DNA of 64,000 nucleotides from Camelus dromedarius (GCF_036321535.1 NC_087440.1:22692001-22756000), one strand, 5' to 3'; positions 12,701 through 23,949 are shown, counted from the first letter of the stretch. Program-made: numbers and translations. Notes: generated by a model from the letters alone, not told the origin.

Positions 12701-15146
12701 AGATTCCAGCCTCCACCATTGGTTTCCTTCTACTGGGGCCTCCCTGGCCCCAGCCCCTTCCTCTCAATCTCTTCTATCCCTCTCCAGGGGACTAGGATCA
12801 GCTGCTCCCAGATCTCACCCTTGTTGACTGTGCTCATCATTGTCATTGTGGCAGAATTTGAAACCCTCCTCATTCTGACTGCTGTAGAACTGGGCCTTTG
12901 TCTAAACCCTCCCAAGGAGAAGAGCCAAACTCTTCTCAGAATAAAAGCTTTTTCCTGGCAACCTCTGCTGCCCTGTTCTCTGGAGACCTGGTAATAACAT
13001 GAGTCAAGCACTCCAGGCCCTGCCTCCCCAGGGGGCTTTCATTCTCACTCAGATCCATGGGATGAGCAACTTCCTGGGCTGCCTCCCTGGACCCACTGGC
13101 CTATAAGCCAAGTGACTGGGGCAGGCAGGTAGGGGAATGGAAAGTGATGACACAGGCCTCACCCAAGGCCAAAGTCACAGCAGTCAGAGCCTGGCTAATA
13201 GTACCCCAGACACAGAACCCTTACTTGAGAGCCCCGTAAAGGGCAAACGTACATGTGTATTAACCATGCCCGCAAGCCCACAGATACATAGCCATATGGA
13301 CATCCGTATGATCTGGCAGAGTGGCCAAGACAGATGGGGGAGTTCATGCCACTAGAAAAATAAAGAGGTAATTTTAAGCCCATAATGAAAAAGAATATGA
13401 AAAGGAATAAATATATGTGTATAACTAAATCACTATGCTGTACACCAGAAATTAACACAACATTGTAAACCAACTATACTTCAATTAAAAAAAAGTTTCA
13501 CAAAAAAAAGTAATTTTAAGAACACAAAGAATGAACTATTTCGAATTGCCCTGTAGTCAATGCATTAGTAAAACACTGCATGTGTGTGTGCTGTCTTATT
13601 CACTCCCCAGATTGCTACTTAGTTCAGCAGGAGTGTATTTGTGTTTCTTCAGCTGAACTGAGTCCCTTTGCCTGATTTGTCCAGGGTCTCTGCAGAAGTG
13701 CAGAGAGGGGCCGGAGATCTCAGGGGGTTGCTAGAAAAGAGCAAGTTGTTCCTGTGCCCAAGTATGACCTCCATGTGCAGGGGAAGTGAGCAAGTGAGCA
13801 GACGGGACAGGGCTGATCCTGGGTAAAATGCCCAAGGCAGCAAATGACTCTCCAGCCCCTTCTAGGGAAGCTCCTGTCCCTTGCCCTCCCCTGTCACTGT
13901 CCCTGCCTTGTCCTTCCTTGGCTGTTTGGTCAGGCCATAGTCCCAGGCAGCCCCCTGGTCTAGGGAACATATTAATCCTGTGTCTCATCCCCTTGAAGAA
14001 AGTTCTGTGCCTTTCAGACTGAAAGGTGGCTAAATCTACCCAGGCTGAACTGTTAACAATAGAGAGAAGAAAACATTTCTCTTAGCTTGTAGGGCCTCCT
14101 TTTCACTCTGAGGTACAGAATGTACATTTTAACTGGGGCAGTTTGGAGACTATGTGTCCACCTCTGCTTTTGCTCCCAAAGAATTCTTATTTCAGTCCAG
14201 GCTGGAAAGAGAGGCAGTGTCATGTCAGGAAAGAGATTTTGGGGTCGGTAGACCAGGCAGGGCACGGAAATTGCGCCATATTGCTACCTGGCTGGGCTGT
14301 TCCCTCACACATATGGTGGAAAGGGACAGGAGAGGCAACAAGATCTGGGCCCTCAGCGGGAAAATGTTCCTCCTGTCCCACCAACCTGGTGCTCCTTCAG
14401 GGACGGTAGCGACGGTGGCCTGAGCCTCAGAGCCTGACCACCCAGAACCTCCAATGAGTGCAGGTGGCTGCCACAGGCGGGGACTCGAGCCCACACGTGC
14501 GCAGCCGGCCATGCCGGGCAGACTGGAGACTGACAGTGATGGACAAAGACAGACCCCAGCGTGGCAGCCAAGTGTCTGCCTTCCCCAGGACACATACCTT
14601 GGCGAGCCTCCCGTCTACAATACCCGCGCATTCTCGAGCACATTGACACGCTTTTGGAACCCGGACTGAGGACACTGCAGGCTTGGGGCTAACTGAGAAG
14701 ACGCGGGGGCAGGGCCTAGAGGGAGGGGCTCTGGAGGCCGGAGGGGCGGGGTAACAGGGAGCCTTAGAGGTAAGGTAGGAATAGTGGGTGGGGCTGGTCC
14801 AGGGGGTGGTGAGAGCGAAGGGAGCTGACAGTAGAGGGTATTAGGGAGAGAGAAAATTAACCCGGCAGAATGAGGGCGTGGCCAGGGGGCCGGGAGTCTG
14901 GAGGTGCAGGAAGGGGCTCTGGGAGGGGGTGGGGAATGAATGGGGCGGCATATGGCGGCTACGGGGGATACCTGGGGCGGGGGTTCTGGGAAGGTCTTCG
15001 AGCTGGGTATGCGGAGCAGTCCGCCCCTACCTGTCCGGGGAGCTGCCATCTGGGGCCAAAGGCTCCCCCTCGGGCTGCTGCTCCTCTTCCGGACCCGGGC
15101 CGGGAGCCGGATCGCTGCTGCTGCTGCTGCCGCTACCACCGTCCAT
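3468..15146 (-). CDS. DISP2: Protein dispatched homolog 2 (RND/sterol-sensing-domain membrane protein), 1402 aa, 8 coding exons
   Basis: Exons (minus): 15031-15146, 9777-10106, 9461-9490, 9188-9311, 8801-8916, 8491-8618, 8015-8112, 3468-6734. All introns are GT-AG with consistent phases, total 4209 nt. Translation MDGGSGSSSSSDPAPGPGPEEEQQPEGEPLAPDG...IRSHTRFGALC...LRRPSTYTSGYSS matches mammalian DISP2 as I recall it. Confidence 0.97.
7375..7560 (-). mobile_element. MIR
   Basis: cccatttta...actgaggcactgagaggttaag...gtcacacagct; boundaries approximate. Confidence 0.75.
10320..10890. mobile_element. MIR (about 10320-10460, minus) followed by an L2 3' end (about 10490-10890, plus)
   Basis: gaaaactgaggttcagtgag; tgtgagctctgggagaccagggcc...cagtgcct...ttgttgaatgaatg. 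Confidence 0.7.
13379..13509 (+). mobile_element. 5'-truncated L1 3' end with target-site duplication
   Basis: tcactatgctgtacaccagaaattaacacaacattgtaaaccaactatacttcaatt plus A tail; TSD gtaattttaag at 13368-13378 and 13510-13520. Confidence 0.85.
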
Positions 15147-15720
15147 GCCCGTGGGCGGCGCCGCTGTCCGGGCTCTGGTGCTGAAGCGGCGGCGGCGGCT
15201 GCGGTAGGCTTATGCGCATGCGTTATAGCCAGGAGGGCCGATCGCTGGGCGGGGTCGACGAGGATCCCAGCCAATGGGCGCGGCACCGGGGGGCGGGGAC
15301 GGGGCTTCGCGCCGCGCCGCTGCCCTGCGCTGGAGGATAGCTGACTTGAAGACCCAGGTGCTGGTGTTGTGGGCCCCTCTACCCAGCCCGAGTCTGAGAG
15401 CTGCTGTTAGGAGTCTGGCCGTCTGGCTGTAGTGCGCACACCGGCCTTTCCTGCGGGGCATCGGTCTTCCTGTAAGAGACCAGGAAGCGCAACCCCAGGC
15501 ACGGTATAAAGAGCCTCATAACTTGTAACGCAGACTCTTCCTGCCCGAAAGAGGGAGTAGCTCCACGCCGGCACTTCTCTGCTCAGGACGTCGAGGGTTT
15601 GAGAGGTTGGGCTTCTTTTAGTCCCACATTTCTCTTGGCTCCACTCAGTGTCCCCTCTTTCCTCATCAGTGGGGCTAAACACTTGCTTAGGTTGAGTCTT
15701 CATGTTCGTCTGGACGTGGG
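14450..15720. promoter_or_regulatory. DISP2: DISP2 promoter CpG island with TATAA (15223-15227, minus), NRF1-like TGCGCATGCG (15213-15222), GC boxes (15248, 15290) and CCAAT (15271-15275)
   Basis: High CpG density around exon 1; motifs read directly; boundaries approximate. Confidence 0.8.
15162..15185 (-). promoter_or_regulatory. Candidate non-canonical RE1/NRSE (REST site): TTCAGCACC-N7-GGACAG
   Basis: Both RE1 half-sites are perfect, with a 7-nt spacer instead of 2; lies in the DISP2 5' UTR. Confidence 0.55.
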
Positions 15721-16904
15721 TATGCGGCCCTCAGACGTGGAGCCCCTACTCTGTTATTAAAGTGCGGAGTATGGCGGGGGAGAGGGAGAAGAGAGACAGA
15801 GAATCCCCAGCTCCTTTTCTTATAACCACCCCACTTCAGCCTGGAAGATACCCAATAGCCACTCACCTCCAGGGTGCTTGGTGCCTCCCCCGCCAGGGAA
15901 TGGCTGTGAGAGGGGAGGTGTGCTGGGCGGTAGACAGGCCTGGCTAGAAGGCTGTGGTAGCACCAGAACAGATATGGGCAATGTGAGAAGCCTGGGAGTT
16001 GGGGAGTGGAGAGGATCCCAGATGTGGGATTTGGATGGGCAGAAGGGTTTCATAGAGAGCAGGCTGTCTGTATGTGTGGGAGGTGCCTTAGCTGAAGAAT
16101 GGGGCTGGAGAGTCAGAATGCAGGAGTGTTTGGACTATGGGTATCCCTAAACTGTGTGCAAATGCCAGTCTATGCAAGACATAGACCAGTAGGGGATAAG
16201 GGTGGGAGAGTCTAGAGGTGTAGAAGTGGTGGTCTGTCCCCTGAGTAGCTTAGTTTGGTTGGAGAGATAAAAAGCCAACCCATTAATTGGTGCCAACTGG
16301 GTAGAGTGTGGTCCGGCCCATGTGATGGTTGATATAAGTTGCAGAGAAGGGGACAGTGTGAAAAGAGACAAAGGGCCTCTCTCATTCTAATGAGCATTAG
16401 GGAAGGCTTCATGTTGATGGTGGAGCTTTAGCTGGCTTGGAAGGAATGCATTCCTGACCTAGGGTGGGGCAGAGGTGATGGTGGTGGGGAAACTGTGCAA
16501 AGTTAAAGAGGCTGGAAAGTTTTGTATATTTTCAGGGTATAGTGAGAAATAACATCTGGACAGTAGGGATCCATTGAAGGCTTCGGATCTGTAGCGTGAG
16601 GCATACAAGATGGAACCTTGGAAGGCACACCAGGTCTGGGTATACATGATGGGGTAGAGAAGATAACGGCCATTTTTGAGGTCCTCTGGTGGGAAGGAGA
16701 GAGACAGAAATGAAAACAAAAGGAAAGGTGACCTTATTTAGCCATATGCTATGGACACCTCTGACCCAAACTGCTGAGAATGCCTGACTGGCTGCCCATT
16801 TTCACAACTAGGGAATTCAGAGACCACTGGGCCCCCTGAAAGTCAGGTTGGATGTAAAGGAAGACAGGCTCTTTTAAGAGTAGAACATGGCCTCCAGGAG
16901 GCTA

Positions 16905-16910
16905 TTTATT
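16905..16910 (-). terminator. PHGR1: PHGR1 polyadenylation signal AATAAA
   Basis: tttatt on plus strand, about 75 nt after the PHGR1 stop codon. Confidence 0.8.
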
Positions 16911-16984
16911 AGGAAGAGAAGACTCTGGTTCAGGCCCCATGCCAGTCAGTCTCCCCAGTCTTGTGTCTTCTTTCTTCTGCTTCC

Positions 16985-19909
16985 TCAGTGATGTGGACCA
17001 TGGGGGTGTCCATGGTGCCCTGGGGGGGGACCACCATGGCAGTGCCCTGGGCCAGGCGGGGGCCCACCTCCATGGCAGTGCCCTGGGCCAGGCGGGGGCC
17101 CACCTCCATGGCAGTGCCCTGGGCCAGGCGGGGGCCCACCTCCATGGCAGTGCCCTGGGCCAGGCGGGGGCCCACCTCCATGGCAGTGCCCTGGGCCAGG
17201 CGGGGGCCCACCTCCATGGCAGTGCCCTGGGCCAGGCGGGGGTCCACCTCCATGACAGTGCCCCTGTGGAAAGCCAGATGAACAATGTTAAAGTCAGAAG
17301 TCATTGCAGTCTTACCAGAGATCAACTCCCCTTCTTTCTTCCCTTTTCCCCTCCCCAGCCCCTACTCTAGAGGACCCAGGATTCCTGAGCACTAGCAGGG
17401 GTCATGGTGGACGGCTGGGAGACAGAGACAGCAAGTGACTGCTCCTAGCCCTGGGCCTTTTGCCTTGATGAAGCCACAGCGCAGAGCAGACACAGGAGAG
17501 GAACCTAGACTCACTGGTTTCCCTTCCTTAAGCTGCGATATGACTCCCACTCCCTGGACCTAGGTTTATTTTATCTGTAACCAAGAAGCCAAATTATCTC
17601 ATCTTCTCCCTTCCCTCATCCAGGAACGCTTGCAGAGTGATTAGAGGTTTTGCCATGCTGACTATTTAGAAGTGAACGTGGGGCGAGGGGAGGCTACAGA
17701 GGAACTCACTGAGGGCCAGGGGCAAGGAGGAGACAGGAGGCAGGGTAAGGGAGATACTGGAGCCAAGGAGGAGAAGGAGAAGGCAGCTGGAGGGTGAGAG
17801 GAGACCAAAGGTAGGAGGTGGCAAGGTAAGGATGTGCTTATTCTCTAGATAGGTAGTGAGTGCACGAGTGCAGGTACAAAGGTCTGTGCTCCATTTACAT
17901 ACCAGTAGCAATGTCTGTATACATGTGCATGGGTGGGAGCATATACATGCCTGCTGTGTACACAGATACATGCATATGGGTGCATGTGCCTGGTTGTGTG
18001 TACATGACAGTGGGAGTGTGTGAGCCCATGACTGTCCCTAAGCAGGTACCAGACTCAAGAAATCAGGTAGAATAGGAGGTAAAATCAAGGTTTTATTTCC
18101 TGAGACAGAAGAGGCCTGGAAAGAGTGATTTAACCTCCTGTCTTGGCTGAAATCACTCCTGAGGCCCCGAGGCCAAAGAGTTTCTTTGCCTCTTGCCCCA
18201 GGCCCAGGGAAGAGGAGAAAGACACCACCTTGCTTCTGGTGCTGGGCACTGGGGGCTTGGGGCCCTGAGGGAGCAGGGGTGGGCCTAGGGGTTGGATAAC
18301 TCCCCAGTCTGCTGCTGCCTCCTAGGGCCTCATTGGAGCTTGTAACAGGTCGGGCAGAGAGAGGCTCCAGGGCAAGGGGACTTTCCTGTGACCATGTGAA
18401 GAGAAGCCACTGCGCTGTCTAGGCTCAGTGATGCCTGGACGCTGACACTTCCCACCCTACTTGTCTCTTCTTCTATGACTCTTTTTGTGCTGGGGCCAGT
18501 TCCAGGCCTAGGAGTGGGGTCTGCTGGTGGAAGCCATTGGTGGGGGCTGGGGGAAGAGGAAACAGGGATGAGGGCAGGCAGCCCCCTTCTCTGGCAGAGG
18601 CAGGTCAATGGGGCCCTGCAGTGTGGTTGGGATTTGGGAGGAAGCCAGCTCTCCAGGGAGGTAGCTAGGAAAGCAGGGAAGCATGGAACAGGAGGGGAAG
18701 CAGCAGGAGACAGGATGGGCTGCTGGAGCAGGGAGGGGAGGTGAGGAGAGGAGACAGACAGATGGGAAAACAGGAGAGGAGCCGAGGAGAAGGCTGCAGC
18801 CAGCAGGCGGTGGACTTGTGCAGTGATGCTCCGCCCCCTCCCTTTCCCCCCACCCACCGTGGGCCTGAGGCCTGAGACTGCTCCCTGCTCTACATTTGAG
18901 GGTAGTTGTGGCTGCTCCCTTGGGGTCTAGGAAGGAGGCTGGAGGTCTAGGGGAACATTGCAGCTAGGAGGAAAAAGAGGAGAAGGCGAAGGAACTTTCC
19001 TACCTTTGGACCTGCAGGAGAAGATGGGGAGGAAAAAAAAAGTAGCCTTGATTATTTGGTTCTGCAGTGAGACTCCTGTCTTCTTCCTGATGCTGATTCT
19101 GTGCCCACCTCCCACTCCTCTTCCCCAACAAGGCTCCTCAGACTTGGCCACTTGCCTGACCATCATCCCTTCATTCATTCGCTCAACAACAGATCTATAT
19201 TGAAAGTCAATGCAAAGTTCAGTAGTGCATCCCTGTTTGCTCAAGAGCTGGCTGAGTTCCCCTTGGGTAGGGAGGGGCTAGTTAGGAAGTGTGGGTTCCT
19301 GTCCCCACTCTGTCAGCTGTCTGCCTTCCCAGCCTCAGCCAAACTCTGTGACATTCCGCACAGGGAGGCACTCTGCATTGGCAAACCCTGTTTCTTTTAC
19401 CTCCACCTCAGGTGGGCCCAACACAGCTTCCCCCTCTGCCCCCTCCCCCGAGACCCCAGTTGTTTCAGCCCAGTCTCTGCTCAGATCCTCTGCTGTTCCT
19501 TTGCTCCTGCTTCTGACTTTCTGGTCCCAGCTCTTAGTAGCCTTTGCTCATGTCTCCTGCCATTTGGAAATCTCTCTTGCTCGACTCTATGTTGCATTCC
19601 TGCAAGAGGTCCACTTTAGACCATCCTGCCTGCTCCGACTGCCCAGCTGCGGGTCCAGCAGGCTCATTTCTGCAGTAACCAATCTGAGTGTTTCTGAAGT
19701 ACTCCACTGGTGGGAGTCACCTACTCAGTGACATTTAAATTTCTTGAGGGCTAGCATGATCTTTTGTTCCTCTTGAGGGGAGCCAGTGGCACAGCTGCCA
19801 GGAGCTGGGTTCTGGGCTCTAGACCCAGCCACACCTCCAGACCCAGCCTCACCCTGAGAATGACCTCTAACTTCCCTAGAGCTCATGTGTATAATGGGAG
19901 GAGCCCCTG

Positions 19910-19944
<35 letters not shown>

Positions 19945-20052
19945 TGGCTTGCAGTAGATATGACTGACTGACTTCCCCCACCTTCACCACCCTCATTCCT
20001 TCTCCCTTCTCCCACCCTACAGCTGCCCACTACAATAGTTACCTCGATCCAT
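16985..20052 (-). CDS. PHGR1: Proline, histidine and glycine rich protein 1, 98 aa: MDRGPK-(GHCHGGGPPPGP)x6-GHCHGGPPPGHHGHPHGPHH
   Basis: Coding exons 20043-20052 (ATGGATCGAG then gtaact), 19004-19011 (cag GTCCAAAG gtagg) and 16985-17263 (ttccacag GGGCAC...CAT CAC TGA). Total 297 nt, in frame. N-terminus resembles human MDPGPKGHCH, and the position next to DISP2 is syntenic. Confidence 0.93.
17048..17263 (-). repeat. PHGR1: Coding 36-bp tandem repeat, 6 units, plus a degenerate 7th unit extending toward 17020
   Basis: Plus-strand unit tgggccaggcgggggcccacctccatggcagtgccc. Five copies are identical; the 17228-17263 copy has two synonymous changes. Confidence 0.97.
19911..19941 (+). repeat. 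(CA)15 microsatellite in PHGR1 intron 2
   Basis: Read directly. Confidence 0.95.
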
Positions 20053-21427
20053 CTTTATGGGGCAAATGCAGGGAGTGACAAGAAGAACACCTGTGATTCA
20101 ACAGGTAAAGTTTAGTTTGCTATAATCTAAATCTCTCTGTCTCCCTCCCAGGGATGTACCCTTATAGCCCCTTCAAGGGATGAAAGGGATAAAACTGCTC
20201 CCTCTGGCTTAACTTGGTACTCAGTATGGAACTGGGCACTGAGTGAGCACCAGCATAAGTGCTGAGTGGACCCAGTGGTTTCAACCACATGGTGGGTAGA
20301 CAGAGACATGAGACCATTATGCACCCCTGAACCCTGCACCCTCACACTTGACCTCTTAGATCCACCCCCAGGCTCACGGTCATGTATTAATTCATTTCTA
20401 CTTGGGTCAATTTCAGTCATGGTTATTCTTGCAGTGCCTACCATGTGTCAGGTACCCAGTCCCCAGAGACTCTTGTCCATGTAAACACCTGGCATAAAGG
20501 TGTAGAGGGAGGTTTGGTGAGATCGGTGCACCTAGAGCAGGGAGGATGGGGTTGGTAGGTAGTGGCCTCTGGGGGATCCCGGGACCCTAAGGCCTTTGCC
20601 CCTGCAGTACAAGTGAATGGAAAACCTTCCCCAGTCCAAACTGCTTGTTCCTCTCTCCTCCCACCAGAATTGGAAGGGGGCTTGAGGTCTGAGCCAATTT
20701 GTCATTTGCCAACAAGTGTGCTCTCATAGGATGGAGCTTCTGGGGTGCCCTGCTGCCAAGGCTAGGCTTGTCTTGCTTGGGGCTGGTGCATAGGTCACAA
20801 TGGACAACTCCAAAATGGCCCCAGTGCAAAGACGGTATGTTCATTTTTTTCTGACCCACAAATCAATATATGTGACATAAGGACCAAATACTTGACATCA
20901 GGGTGCTCTGATACTCATATGGTTGCTAAACATACAAGCACATATGAGTTCACACACAAACACACACACACCCCTGTAACACTATAGCCCAGCCCCTTGC
21001 AGGACCGGCCCTTGGCACTTTTGAGGCACCCATTTTTGTTGGATTCTACTTGTGCCACAAATGTTCAGCTGAGGTCAGCCTCTGAGCTATGTCATGGTCC
21101 TTCCTGCCCCCTCCTCCTTCCCCTTAGTGATGAGTCTGAAAGAGATCCATGAGACTGGGCTTGGGTGGGGGGGGGGGTGGTAAAGAAAACCTTAGGGCCA
21201 GCCAGGATCTGGCTTGGAAGACAGAGAAANNNNNNNNNNNNNNNNNNNNNNNNNNNNNNNNNNNNNNNNNNNNNNNNNNNNNNNNNNNNNNNNNNNNNNN
21301 NNNNNNNNNNNNNNNNNNNNNNNNNNNNNNNNNNNNNNNNNNNNNNNNNNNNNNNNNNNNNNNNNNNNNNNNNNNNNNNNNNNNNNNNNNNNNNNNNNNN
21401 NNNNNNNNNNNNNNNNNNNNNNNNNNN

Positions 21428-22032
21428 GAACTGTGTGTTGGTGACGATGTGGAGAAAAGGGAATGTAAATTGGTTCAGCCCCTGTGGGAAATGGTATGGA
21501 GGTTAAAAAAATTAAAAATAGGACTACCATATGATCCAGTAATTCCACTCCTGGGTATTTATCCAAAGAAAACAAAAACACTAATTTGAAAAGATATATG
21601 TGCCGCCATGTTCACTGCAGCATTATTGACAACAGCCGAGATGTGAAAACAACCTGAGTATCCATCAACAGTTGAATGGATAAGTAAAATATANNNNNNN
21701 NNNNNNNNNNNNNNNNNNNNNNNNNNNNNNNNNNNNNNNNNNNNNNNNNNNNNNNNNNNNNNNNNNNNNNNNNNNNNNNNNNNNNNNNNNNNNNNNNNNN
21801 NNNNNNNNNNNNNNNNNNNNNNNNNNNNNNNNNNNNNNNNNNNNNNNNNNNNNNNNNNNNNNNNNNNNNNAAAACCTCTCAAGCTCATAGATACAGAGAA
21901 CTGACTGGTAATTGCCAGAGGCAGAGGGTGGGGCTTTGATGAAATGGGTGATGAGGTCAAAAGGCACAAACGTGTACACCTGAAACTAATTTAATGTTAT
22001 ATGTTAATTATACCTCATTTAAAAAAAAAAAA
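21428..22032 (+). mobile_element. L1 3' fragment (ORF2 end and 3' UTR), partly in gaps
   Basis: Remnant peptide VQPLWEMVWRLKKLKIGLPYDPVIPLLGIYPK; ends tatacctcatttaaaaaaaa. Confidence 0.85.
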
Positions 22033-22465
22033 GACCTTGGACTGTCTCTCCCTAGTTCAGGCCAAGATGCTTGAGGGACAGGAGTTGGTGGCTACAGAAG
22101 GGAACTAATGCAATCCCCTCATTCCTCAGCTAAACCCCTCTCCCTGGCACGTCAAAGGCTGTAAACTCAAGGAGACAGCGCAGGCAGGGCTCAGCCCAGG
22201 AGTGGGTGCAGGGCGGGGGGCAGGCACATAGGCAGACACACAGACAGACAGACACACAGCACACGGACCTACAAAGCATTTATGAGACACAAACCAACAC
22301 CCAACCACAGATTCATGACACCCTCACAAAGAGACACAGAAGCACAGATTCCAGTTCAAGACACATACACACATATCCAGGGAGACCTGATCACACCGAC
22401 CCACAACGCACTCTCACAGAGCCCCTTCTGTCCCCTGCCCACAGCCAGCAGAGCCAGACCCTTAC

Positions 22466-22503
22466 CTGAGAGTGCAGACAGAGCAGGGGGCAGGAAGCAG
22501 TCT
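22466..22503 (-). other. PHGR1: PHGR1 non-coding exon 1 (5' end approximate)
   Basis: Minus strand AGACTGCTTCCTGCCCCCTGCTCTGTCTGCACTCTCAG followed by strong donor gtaagg (22464-22465). Would splice to exon 2 (20043-20090; acceptor tcacag with ctaaac branch-like motif). Confidence 0.7.
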
Positions 22504-22526
22504 GAGGTTCTGTCAGTCCTCAAGTG

Positions 22527-22536
22527 TATTTGTAAA
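22527..22536 (-). promoter_or_regulatory. PHGR1: PHGR1 TATA-like element TTTACAAATA
   Basis: About 25-30 nt upstream of the inferred exon 1 start; non-consensus TATA. Confidence 0.45.
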
Positions 22537-22819
22537 GGGGAGGGAGGAGCTGGGATGGACCAGGTACATAGGGTGTGGAGGAATGAGAAAGGCTAATANN
22601 NNNNNNNNNNNNNNNNNNNNNNNNNNNNNNNNNNNNNNNNNNNNNNNNNNNNNNNNNNNNNNNNNNNNNNNNNNNNNNNNNNNNNNNNNNNNNNNNNNNN
22701 NNNNNNNNNNNNNNNNNNNNNNNNNNNGAAATCTTTGCCTGAGCAGCCAAGTTCCAGGCCTGAATTCTCAAATGTGCTGCCCAAGCTCAGGAAGCTAGCC
22801 TGGGAGTGGAAATTGAATG

Positions 22820-23078
22820 AGTCAGAAAACAAACAAACAAACTGTGGTTACCAAGGGGAGGAGGGACAAATTAGAGGTATGGGATTAACAGACATTAACT
22901 ACTATATATAAAATAGTTAAGCCACAAGGCTGTACTGTATGGCACAGGGAATTATAGCCATTATCTTGTAATAAACTTTAACAGAATATAATCAACAAAA
23001 AATACTGCATCACTATGCTGTACAACTGAAACTAATACAGTATTGTAATTCAACTATACTTCAATCCAAAAAAAAAAA
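22820..23078 (+). mobile_element. L1 3' end (cetartiodactyl type)
   Basis: actactatatataaaatag...gcacagggaattatagcc...caactatacttcaat plus A tail. Confidence 0.85.
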
Positions 23079-23949
23079 GAGTTTTAAAATAGATAAGATC
23101 AATACATTTCCAGGACATTGAAAAAAGAAAAAAAAAGAGGAGTTTCCTGATAGAATGTCCACAAGCAGGAAGGGACCCTAGGGTTTTGCAGTCCAGGCCA
23201 GCTCACTCTGTACTCTGCAAGCCCCTGTGGACTGGCCCCGCTGACCCCTTGACCTCTGCTCTGTGTCACAGCCCTTTGCTCTGTGTGTTTCAGTCACGCT
23301 GGCCTCCCTTAGGCCCCTGCAGACACACCAGGTGCCTCTGTTACAAGCTCCCGTCTCTCCCTGCATCCTTTCCTCTCATGTCTCCTGCTCCACAAGACTC
23401 TGCTCTCACCTTTGTGTTCCCAGGCACTGGCCCTTAAGAGATGTCTTGGCACTTAGCAGATGCCTAATAAAAATCTGGTGAATGAATGCAAGGTTGGAGT
23501 GTAGTTACAGTTGAGTAATAACTTGTCTCCATCTCTGTGGTTTATATTTTATGTTTTTCTCTCTCTTTTACGTATTGTTAAAAAATATTTTTTTCCTGGA
23601 AAAAGAAGGAGGAGGATCTCTCCCAAGATCCCAGCCCCCTGGCTGACCTGAGCTCACGCGTCCCACCCCTTGGGCTCACTGTGCTGGGGGAAACAGGCCA
23701 GCTGAGACTGCCACCCTCAGCTAGGTGAGGGGGCCCAGTTGGCCCCCTTTTCAATCAAGGAGAACAAAGACCATGTGAGATCAAACACCCGCAGACGGAA
23801 GCAGAGAAGTTCAAACAGCTGCTGTTTCCAGGTTCTCCTGTGAAAAACCTGGCTGAACTAGATGCACCTGAACTTTCTTAAATTCATTTGTAAAAAGTAC
23901 CCTACCTCAAAGAAGGGGAAATCCAGGGCCTCACAAAGGTTCATCCTTG

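Larger units (their letters stand above)
21230..22727. other. Assembly gaps 21230-21427, 21694-21870 and 22599-22727
   Basis: Runs of N. Confidence 1.

Noticed and set aside
15113-15133. (CTG/AGC)n poly-Ser repeat in DISP2 exon 1 as an unstable triplet repeat
   Set aside because: Only five pure units, and a Ser run is also present in the human protein; unremarkable.
17048-17263. Repeat array as a CRISPR-like locus
   Set aside because: Units are directly adjacent with no unique spacers, lie in a mammalian coding exon and have no cas genes.
16902-17370. Four ORF-track proteins across the 36-bp repeat (AMEVGPRLAQGT, ALPWRWAPAWPR, HGSALGQAGAHL, MAVPWARRGPTS)
   Set aside because: A stop-free unit with length divisible by 3 is open in all six frames; only the GHCHGGGPPPGP frame joins the PHGR1 exons.
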